Assembly (NCBI RefSeq): GCF_000092465.1 | Contig: NC_014205.1 | Span: 780,001-812,000, forward strand | DNA from: Staphylothermus hellenicus DSM 12710 | Lineage (GTDB): Archaea; Thermoproteota; Thermoprotei_A; Sulfolobales; Desulfurococcaceae | DNA length: 32,000 nucleotides | Reading direction: 5' to 3' | Shown: in pieces, positions 26,001 to 32,000 of the stretch | Layout of the letters: the number at the start of each line of letters is the position of its first letter | Position numbering within the stretch: position 1 is the stretch's first letter | Notes under the pieces: model-generated | What the model was told of the DNA's origin: nothing | Databases searched by the model: none | The model's input: the letters and a program-made list of their open reading frames with translations, nothing else | Position numbers and translations under genes: made by a program

Positions 26001-27025
26001 TATCTAGTTATGAGCCTCTTTAATAGATCAGTGATATTATCGTATTCTTCTTTCAACCTATTCTTAGCAGTATATTGTCTAATATGTAAGATTTTTAAAT
26101 TGTCTGTTCGTTCAAGGAGCTTCTCATTTGAAATCTCCTGGATTTCGCTCGGCGAATATAATTGATCGGTTAGAGCTAGGATAACCGTTTTATTCTTGAA
26201 ATGAATAGGTTTACCTATATCCTCGTTTCCCAACACTATTTTTTCTCTCGGCAATATTTTATCTAGTAGATCAACTTTCACAGATTTAATTGAAACAATA
26301 TATCTTCTTCCTTGAAGCTGCCTCAGCTCTTCTAAGCCTAAATCATCGCCTACATATATATTTGTTCGTGGAACATTTTGAGGAGAAGGACCTGTAGCAA
26401 GTTTTAGATTATGCTTCTTCATCAATATATGGCTGGCCATGAATAAATGAGTGGTTTTACCTGTAAAGCTAGGACCAGATATAATAAGGTTATTGTTTTT
26501 AGCAACAATGTCTGCCAGCCATTTTGATCTCTTTATTAATTCTCTTGTCAGAATAAGTTCATTTAATGGAGTGTTTAAATAAACTGCTAGTTCTAAGTAA
26601 TTGTTTATCGGCTTATAAAATAAGTATTTCAACAAATCATATTCTCTTCTCAAGATCTCTACTTGCTTCTTCATTCTTGAACATAAATCGTTACCAAGTG
26701 ATAGATCTGAGCATAACTGGTCGAAGCCGTGTTTATTGAGAAAATTATTTAACAGTTTCAATCTAAGATCTGGATCAATAATGCATAAGTCTAGTTTTGA
26801 TATGATCGCATTATTTTTCCTACCTATCTCCCTATTAATAATGTATTCGCATCTTCTCAAATAGTCAATATTTGTTCCTAGAATATCTCTGTACCGGGTA
26901 AGTGTTTTTTCTAATCCCTCCACTAATAAATCATGAACCAAAATTATAAGAGATAACATGTGGGGATAAACAAATATTTTCTCCTTCAAATCCCTTATAA
27001 GCTCTAATAATAGTTCTTCCCTCAA
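23054..27025 (-). CDS. 1323-aa orphan P-loop NTPase with an extensive helical/TPR-like C-terminal region (STAND-like architecture)
   Basis: Uninterrupted ORF with a TTG start preceded by AGGTG. Walker A 'GPSFTGKT' is at aa 184-191 (nt 26453-26476). Candidate Walker B 'IYVGDD' is at aa 223-228 (nt 26342-26359); the alternative is 'VILALTD'. TPR-like helical pairs at aa about 1107-1255 (nt about 23261-23707) include 'LLINGRYEEAERQLEKI', 'ILYYKGKIGKAMRKANKII', 'LLYIIGKALEYKGKTDKAVKAYTALLEI' and 'YYRLATYYHMKKAYNNALKYYELALKTY'. Confidence 0.8.
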   Translation of the reverse strand: MREELLLELIRDLKEKIFVYPHMLSLIILVHDLLVEGLEKTLTRYRDILGTNIDYLRRCEYIINREIGRKNNAIISKLDLCIIDPDLRLKLLNNFLNKHGFDQLCSDLSLGNDLCSRMKKQVEILRREYDLLKYLFYKPINNYLELAVYLNTPLNELILTRELIKRSKWLADIVAKNNNLIISGPSFTGKTTHLFMASHILMKKHNLKLATGPSPQNVPRTNIYVGDDLGLEELRQLQGRRYIVSIKSVKVDLLDKILPREKIVLGNEDIGKPIHFKNKTVILALTDQLYSPSEIQEISNEKLLERTDNLKILHIRQYTAKNRLKEEYDNITDLLKRLITRYYYIRKYAPLIGFITAYHGLNNVTTRNMIMSITRYRNAYGDPSLLLGNINTEIYTIPHKEWILSLKKLCEDENISEIIDEIKSFLEDIYSLRKNIAYKIENPIEALVLANNYPELLVETINKGSIKTIHVSPIHFLEHSRNPDVLDLKKNIIMSKDISNAAYYLILFMLKNRIEADYLDIIRKYKIPKKQSKKLIAIINNSERSIEEYIKQYRGVKDTLLKKILIDQMIDKIILHKQVLPLLDHLYKIGSHKLEQKIFYLTGEYSKLRRLLEKKKLLNKQMIIMLDYLSGRINRIISSTDPISEYYKANIYLRIGDLDRSMLSINRSYIGAYNRLINGELNFIYTYMRSLYKLAITNLLKKRINDAQAIINKFLEDIDSYGHIVEIKYLNPILSIIRSLKEIHDKHTCSYNHLECLKASILLDEQGIFRKHLIEIIRDLNKLELYEILELGRIIRNGLLKKWVSSDLVETYLNSIEKYISIPRFKYVYLSIVPLYMVRKKRIDKKYLELDNQYNELLENYGIWAKKIYLDYLYAKGIYYVKIHRNPGKAKYYFKKALELLNEFKNISRRVYARKRNILELWINISEIQDNDYSTCHKSLKNILTRKLSPKMEVMANYWFIKCLIGNKLYRTALEKASETVLTIRDPINRLKFMTLLFIISYRINYLLAEKSVEEIINYVYEQLRKKKITYSMAIQSISRLIIMQWKHAGSYGIGKSINTLIDLLETANLDSIKPNIKYLKRVVIILSELNKLDYINKILSKIIGTINDPELILLHIDSLLINGRYEEAERQLEKISRIISKDIRQAYEAQILYYKGKIGKAMRKANKIIDKINRLDLKAKLLYIIGKALEYKGKTDKAVKAYTALLEINEARKHLPLNIIGDTYYRLATYYHMKKAYNNALKYYELALKTYDKIVFENQRFEQIIRISEILQNILSAFSNIENPFFYGEAKELVCGYISERYEKINMKGLTNMFIYILNSCK

Positions 27026-27099
27026 TCTCGGAAAAACACCTTTCCATACAAAGTTTTCTATAAATAATATTTATATGTGGAAAAAATAAAATAGCAACG

Positions 27100-27882
27100 C
27101 TAAGTTCTCCTTCTTCTTGACGCTATCAATGCATATATGAGGATAACCAATATAACAACTATTATGGTTCCGCCTACGTATTGGATAGGATAGCTGTTCT
27201 CTATGTTGCTAGGTGTACTTGTATGCTTGTTTGTTTCCGAGGTTGTCTGGGTACTTGTTTGTATCGGTGTATGTGTTTTGCCAATGTATTTATAGAGTTG
27301 TTCCAGATTTGTATCTATGAGTTTATAGTGTAGTATATATTTGTAGTTGGTATAGTTAGTTGTTTCATTAACATCGTTTAAATAATAATAGTCAAGTACA
27401 ATGCCTGTTCCACGATCATATGTTACATTAATGAATAAATAAGATGCTAGGTTATCCCTTGTAGACACAGACTCGTATGGTTTTGGATTATCAGGTATTG
27501 TTTCTGGGTTTACATATATGTTAAACCTTGTTTTATTATATGCAGTATCCCATCCAACAAATGCTTCAGACCTACTACCAGGGGATCCAAGAACCCGTGA
27601 GAAATACCCTTTTGTATCGTTAAGACTTAAAAGCTCATAGAATCCTTTCATTCCTGTCTCATTAAGTGATGTAGCAACAAACCTTGCAGTGCCAACTACA
27701 TAGTAGTTGGCCAGATCCTCTCTTATAGGCGGATTAGTTATGATGCGGGCCTCTATTTTATACTGGAAATAAACCCCCGGCTTAGCCCATGTAGGGATTC
27801 CTTGGATAATTGGGGAGGAAACTAGAAAGCCTATTACTATTGTTGTTGTTAATGCTATAATAAGAACCCTATAATTGAACAG
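27100..27882 (-). CDS. surface protein with C-terminal membrane anchor; probable N-terminal signal-anchor upstream of the first ATG
   Basis: The track ORF is 27100..27651 (183 aa). It has a Thr/Ser-rich stalk (TPIQTSTQTTSETNKHTSTPS), then a TM segment (GGTIIVVILVILIYALIA) and RRRRT. The same frame is open up to 27882 and encodes LFNYRVLIIALTTTIVIGFLVSSPIIQG..., which looks like a signal or anchor. GAGGTG at 27890-27895 and a TATA-like CTTTATAAATAT at 27937-27948 support a start near 27882. Confidence 0.6.
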   Translation of the reverse strand: MFNYRVLIIALTTTIVIGFLVSSPIIQGIPTWAKPGVYFQYKIEARIITNPPIREDLANYYVVGTARFVATSLNETGMKGFYELLSLNDTKGYFSRVLGSPGSRSEAFVGWDTAYNKTRFNIYVNPETIPDNPKPYESVSTRDNLASYLFINVTYDRGTGIVLDYYYLNDVNETTNYTNYKYILHYKLIDTNLEQLYKYIGKTHTPIQTSTQTTSETNKHTSTPSNIENSYPIQYVGGTIIVVILVILIYALIASRRRRT

Positions 27883-27988
27883 TTATAAGCACCTCTTCAG
27901 CAAATATGTTATTGTTTTTCAAAATACATTGTTCCATATTTATAAAGCTTATGTGGAATGATAAGATATTCTCTGCAACTAATATGAT

Positions 27989-29260
27989 CTAATATAGTAT
28001 TACGTCTACAATGCTCCCCTTCTCATAGCCCTCTATATTCTCATATAGTATTATATAGCCATTTGTTTTTACAAGGCTAGACAATATTCCGCTTCCCTTC
28101 AACATGTATGGTTCAACAATTACTTTGTTGCCGGGGCCGATACGTGTAGTTACTCGTATATAGCTTCTATAACCCACTGTATTAGGTACTCGGCGTGCTA
28201 GAATGCCTTGAACAACTGGTTTAACAGGCTTTTCCAAGCCTAAAATACTATATATTGTTGGAGAAACAATTGCTTCAAGACCTGTCCATGCAGCAACAGG
28301 GTAACCACTTAGTAGAAAGACTGGTTTATCATTAATTATTGCTGCACTTGTAGGTCTACCAGGCCTCATAGCGACCCCTCTAAACACCCATTCACCATAT
28401 TCATCAACGATGTCTCGGATAACATCTTCATCGCTTACACCGGTTCCACCAGTGGTTATGACTAAGTGGTTTTCTCTCAATGCTTTAAATAATGCTTCCC
28501 TTAATACTTCTTTCTCGTCTGGAAATACTCCATAGTATTTGCCCTTGGCGAGTCCTAGTGTTTCAACATAGTTTTTCACAAGCACACTTGTTGAATTATA
28601 TATTTGTCCACTGCTAAGCTTATATCCTGGCTCAACAAGCTCTGATCCCGTCCCTATAACTCCTATTCTCAGCTTCTCATAAACCTTTACAGAATTAATC
28701 CCTGTGCTTGCTATAATTGATAAATGCCATGGTTTAAGCAGGGTATTCTTCTTAACAAGAACCTCGCCTTTCCTATAATCCTCGCCTTTCCTGGAAACAT
28801 TAGCCCCACTAGGCACGGGCTTGTATATTTCGACTTCGTCTCCTACACGATTAGTATCCTCATACATTACAACAGCATCAGCACCCAATGGTAGAGGTGC
28901 GCCTGTCGCTAACTCAACGGCTTCACCATTTCTCACAACGTATTCTTCTGGAGTAGAGCTTGGAGACATGTATCCCTTAACCCTTAATATTGCAGGGTTA
29001 GTTGGTGATGCACCTGTAGTGTCAGAGCTTATAACAGCGTATCCATCAACAGCGGACCTATCATATCTAGGCTGATCAATTAATGCTAAAATATCTTCTG
29101 CGGAAACATAATATAGTGCGTCCCAAACAGTTTTCTCAATAATCCTTAACTCTACAAGATCCTTAAAAGCCCTAGTAGCTTTATTAACAGCTTCATCAAC
29201 ACTGATCAAACTGCCCAGGAACTTCACCATAACCATGCACCACTGACTTAGCTGTATCAT
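27989..29260 (-). CDS. moeA: MoeA molybdopterin molybdenum/tungsten transferase (canonical-looking paralogue)
   Basis: 'PRYDRSAVDGYAV', 'TGAPLPLGADAVVMYEDT' and 'TTGGTGVSDEDV' are MoeA blocks. The true start is probably at an internal Met (MVMVKFLG...). Confidence 0.85.
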   Translation of the reverse strand: MIQLSQWCMVMVKFLGSLISVDEAVNKATRAFKDLVELRIIEKTVWDALYYVSAEDILALIDQPRYDRSAVDGYAVISSDTTGASPTNPAILRVKGYMSPSSTPEEYVVRNGEAVELATGAPLPLGADAVVMYEDTNRVGDEVEIYKPVPSGANVSRKGEDYRKGEVLVKKNTLLKPWHLSIIASTGINSVKVYEKLRIGVIGTGSELVEPGYKLSSGQIYNSTSVLVKNYVETLGLAKGKYYGVFPDEKEVLREALFKALRENHLVITTGGTGVSDEDVIRDIVDEYGEWVFRGVAMRPGRPTSAAIINDKPVFLLSGYPVAAWTGLEAIVSPTIYSILGLEKPVKPVVQGILARRVPNTVGYRSYIRVTTRIGPGNKVIVEPYMLKGSGILSSLVKTNGYIILYENIEGYEKGSIVDVILY

Positions 29261-29401
29261 ATATACATGTAATATGTCAGAGCTGCCTAAAAACCACCAG
29301 TCATATATACAAGCTGAAAACGATTATATTTGTTTAGAGAATTTTCTAGTAGATTTTCTCCTTCGGCGAATATTACAAGCTTCTTTTTACACTACTAAAT
29401 C

Positions 29402-30535
29402 CTAGTTTCTATGGTTCTGGTTTGAGGAATGTGTTTGTTCAAGTATTTTATCTATTAATGGTTTTTCACCTATTGCTTCAGCTGCTGTGACTAGTGCTAC
29501 CTCGTTTGATCGGGCATAATCTATTACTTTTCTAACGTGTTTTCTCCAATTAGCATCTCTCAGTAAGTGGTGATCATAGATTATTATTTCAGGTTTTGAA
29601 TCAATTATTTTAATCATATTATCTATTGCTCTATTGAGGTTTATCTTGTTAAACATGTATGGGTATAAATATGTTGGCGGCCCATCTACTACCACTATAT
29701 CTAGGGATAGATCATGTATGTGGTACGCATAATCCTCGATTATAGGGCCCATTAAATCGCTTGTATAAAATATTTTGTAGCCTTTATTCACGATATATAT
29801 GGGTGTTACCCATCCAGTTTTATCATATTCTATGCCGTGAAACCATGGCGGGTAAATCTCAATATATGTTTTCCCCACCCGTAGTTTTCGTCCATCACCG
29901 AGAAATATCCTAGTATTACCTGGTAAAACAATGTTATCCTTTATCCACGGATTCCTTTTCCAATAATCAACGAGTTTCCGGAACCATTGCTTGCCTTTCA
30001 ATAATAGTTCTCTTCTCCTAACCATGTAGTCTCCATAGTTTCTTTCATGAATATATTTAAGATTATCAACTGGGTCAGGAAACCTTTTCTGCCAAGGCTT
30101 CACATAGAAGTCGTTTAGTCTAAGATTTTGACTATTAAGGATTTGTTCTAGGAATAATCTGGATCTTCTCCACTGGCTATAATTAATATACTTGTTGGGA
30201 TCCTTGATGTAGAGTTTTTTACCAGCATATATGTTTTCATTCTCTAAATTCTTATCGCTTAAGAGAATATGGTGGTCGTAGTGATAGTGGGTAATAATTA
30301 TTGTTGAGCACCGCCTGGCAACGGATCTTATTCTATGAACAGCTTTCCTCCTAAGAACAATTTTTTCTTGTCTAGGCAATGGATAGCTTGGCTGCATAGC
30401 TGCTGCTCCAGGATCTATGAGGATACATTCGTCTCCATCAATATTTATGGCTATACATGATGATTTAGCTCCTAAACTATCAAACCATACTATTTCTAAT
30501 CCAGCATTCATTAATACTTCTCTCAACGATTCCAA
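29402..30535 (-). CDS. metallo-beta-lactamase-fold hydrolase, specificity unknown
   Basis: 377 aa. 'CILIDPGAA' followed by 'IIITHYHYDHH' is an HxHxDH zinc-ligand motif. Later His/Asp residues are consistent with the MBL fold. Confidence 0.7.
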   Translation of the reverse strand: MESLREVLMNAGLEIVWFDSLGAKSSCIAINIDGDECILIDPGAAAMQPSYPLPRQEKIVLRRKAVHRIRSVARRCSTIIITHYHYDHHILLSDKNLENENIYAGKKLYIKDPNKYINYSQWRRSRLFLEQILNSQNLRLNDFYVKPWQKRFPDPVDNLKYIHERNYGDYMVRRRELLLKGKQWFRKLVDYWKRNPWIKDNIVLPGNTRIFLGDGRKLRVGKTYIEIYPPWFHGIEYDKTGWVTPIYIVNKGYKIFYTSDLMGPIIEDYAYHIHDLSLDIVVVDGPPTYLYPYMFNKINLNRAIDNMIKIIDSKPEIIIYDHHLLRDANWRKHVRKVIDYARSNEVALVTAAEAIGEKPLIDKILEQTHSSNQNHRN

Positions 30536-30584
30536 TCCGGTTTCACCATGACCACATGATCTTATATTGGTTGAGATATATTAA

Positions 30585-32000
30585 TTGTTTAAAACACAAT
30601 ATTTTTTCTTGGAAAAACATGTGTGGCGAAAAATCTTGAGCAGCGTCAAAGCAAGATTGGGAAAGATTAGGAAACCCTCTAGGATGCTTAGCGGTGTTAG
30701 CGTAGTTGCTGTTATGACGCATCCAATACCCTGTCCATTCAACTGTTATTATTGTCCTGGAGGACCAGAATATAATGCTCCAAAAAGCTATTTCGGAAAC
30801 GAGCCAGCTTTGAGGAGAGCTCGTAGAAACCAGTTTCACCCATATAAGCAGGTTTGGAATAGACTGCTTCAATACGAGTATCTCAAACAAGTTCCTAGCA
30901 AGGTTGAAATCATAGTTATGGGTGGGACTTTCCTAGCGGCTCGGCAGAGGTATAAGGAATGGTTTATAACAATGATCTTTGAAGCACTCAACAGGTATCC
31001 GGACCCGAATCCTCCTAGGAAATGGGATCTGGAGAGTGCACAGTTGAGGAATGAGACTGCTAATCATAGATGTGTTGGTTTAACAATTGAGACTAGGCCC
31101 GATTATGGATATGAGAAGCATGCTGATGAAATGCTATACTATGGTGCTACACGTGTTGAGCTAGGTGTTCAAAGCATCTATGACGATGTCTTGTTAAGAG
31201 TTAATAGGGGGCATGGTGTTGCTGAATCAATAAAGTCTACTAGAATACTTAAGGATGCAGGTTTTAAAATAGTATACCATATAATGCTTGGATTACCCGG
31301 CAGCGATCCCGATAGAGATATTGAGATGATGAAGGAAATATTTGAGAACCCAGATTTTAGACCAGACATGCTGAAGATTTATCCAACAGAAGTTGTTGAA
31401 GGAACAGTTCTATACCAGTGGTGGAGGGAGGGCAGGTATAAGCCATACGATGATGAAACAGCTATTGAGGTTATATCGGAGATGTACAGGTATATACCGA
31501 AATATGTTAGAGTAATGAGGATTAGAAGAGACATACCAGCACCAGAAGTTGTAGCTGGAACTAAGAAGTCTAATCTTAGAGAATATGTTGAGAAGAGATG
31601 CATGGAGAAAGGGATCAAGATAAACGAGATCAGGTTTAGAGAAGTAGGATTACAAGCTTGGAAATATGGTAGAATCCCTGATCCAAAACATATAGAGATA
31701 ACTAGGACAACATATGAAGCAAGCGGTGGGATAGAGGAGTTTTTAGCTGTTGAAGATACAAGAAACGATATCATAATAGGATTCCTACGCATGCGTATAC
31801 CAAGCGAGAAAGCGCATAGACCAGAAGTAGATAGTAGAACAGCAATCATTAGGGAACTACATGTTTACGGTCCAGAACTACCAGTTGGAATACATGGAGA
31901 ATCATGGCAGCACAAAGGATGGGGAGCAAAATTGTTGAAGGAAGCAGAGAGAATAGCTGTCGAAGAATATGATGCTAAGAAAATGCTTGTCCTATCAGGA
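30585..32000 (+). CDS. elp3: Elp3-family radical SAM/GNAT tRNA-modification enzyme, 3'-partial (runs off the window)
   Basis: Not in the ORF track because no stop codon falls within the window. Manual translation of the frame with codon starts divisible by 3 gives '...KPSRMLSGVSVVAVMTHPIPCPFNCYYCPGGPEYNAPKSYFGNEPALRRA...VEIIVMGGTFLA...RCVGLTIETRPD...RVELGVQSIYDDVLLRVNRGH...KIVYHIMLGLPGSD...MLKIYPT...GWGAKLLKEAERIA'. The CxxxCxxC motif is at 30732-30755. The start is uncertain: TTG 30585, TTG 30609 or GTG 30621. Confidence 0.85.
   Translation, partial: MFKTQYFFLEKHVWRKILSSVKARLGKIRKPSRMLSGVSVVAVMTHPIPCPFNCYYCPGGPEYNAPKSYFGNEPALRRARRNQFHPYKQVWNRLLQYEYLKQVPSKVEIIVMGGTFLAARQRYKEWFITMIFEALNRYPDPNPPRKWDLESAQLRNETANHRCVGLTIETRPDYGYEKHADEMLYYGATRVELGVQSIYDDVLLRVNRGHGVAESIKSTRILKDAGFKIVYHIMLGLPGSDPDRDIEMMKEIFENPDFRPDMLKIYPTEVVEGTVLYQWWREGRYKPYDDETAIEVISEMYRYIPKYVRVMRIRRDIPAPEVVAGTKKSNLREYVEKRCMEKGIKINEIRFREVGLQAWKYGRIPDPKHIEITRTTYEASGGIEEFLAVEDTRNDIIIGFLRMRIPSEKAHRPEVDSRTAIIRELHVYGPELPVGIHGESWQHKGWGAKLLKEAERIAVEEYDAKKMLVLSG

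Noticed and set aside
30543-31849. Three minus-strand ORFs (30543-30890, 31178-31369, 31379-31849) listed in the track
   Set aside because: They lie antisense to a clearly recognisable Elp3 coding frame on the plus strand. Their translations are low-complexity Ser/Leu/Ile-rich with no motifs, so they are shadow ORFs.

Overview
AT-rich archaeal chromosomal segment. The gene content looks crenarchaeal and Desulfurococcales-like: archaeal PriS-type primase, GAPOR-type tungsten oxidoreductase, archaeal DHPS-related protein, Elp3. This lineage call is inference only. All calls come from reading the supplied translations and the DNA by eye; no searches were run. Most of the window is core metabolism. 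There is a marked concentration of molybdopterin/tungsten-cofactor genes: two divergent moeA paralogues (one translationally coupled to a DUF364-like Rossmann protein), moaC, moaA, a pterin-binding DHPS-related protein and a GAPOR/AOR-family enzyme. Other genes include feoAB, argS, thiL, a class-III aminotransferase, a dual-specificity phosphatase, an MBL-fold hydrolase and a 3'-truncated elp3 that is absent from the ORF track. I saw no rRNA, tRNA, CRISPR array, transposase or integrase. The three things most worth a second look are these. (1) A 1323-aa orphan protein (23054-27025, minus strand) has one N-proximal P-loop followed by about 1100 aa of helical, TPR-like repeats. The layout is STAND/Avs-like, the gene appears lower in GC than its neighbours, and its function is unknown. 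(2) The only large gene-poor gap (4094-4860) holds a promoter-like TATA element and a roughly 190-nt GC-rich island (hand count about 56% GC against about 26% in the flank) with three strong hairpins. This is the classic signature of a structured RNA in an AT-rich hyperthermophile, but the class is not recognisable. A 91-codon open frame with no start codon follows it directly. (3) Several proteins are architecturally unusual: ArgRS with an extra segment of about 125 aa, PriS with a long helical tail ending in a PIP-like motif, and a surface protein whose signal-anchor lies upstream of any canonical start codon. No multi-gene system can be proven from sequence alone, and the functional proposals are labelled as inference.
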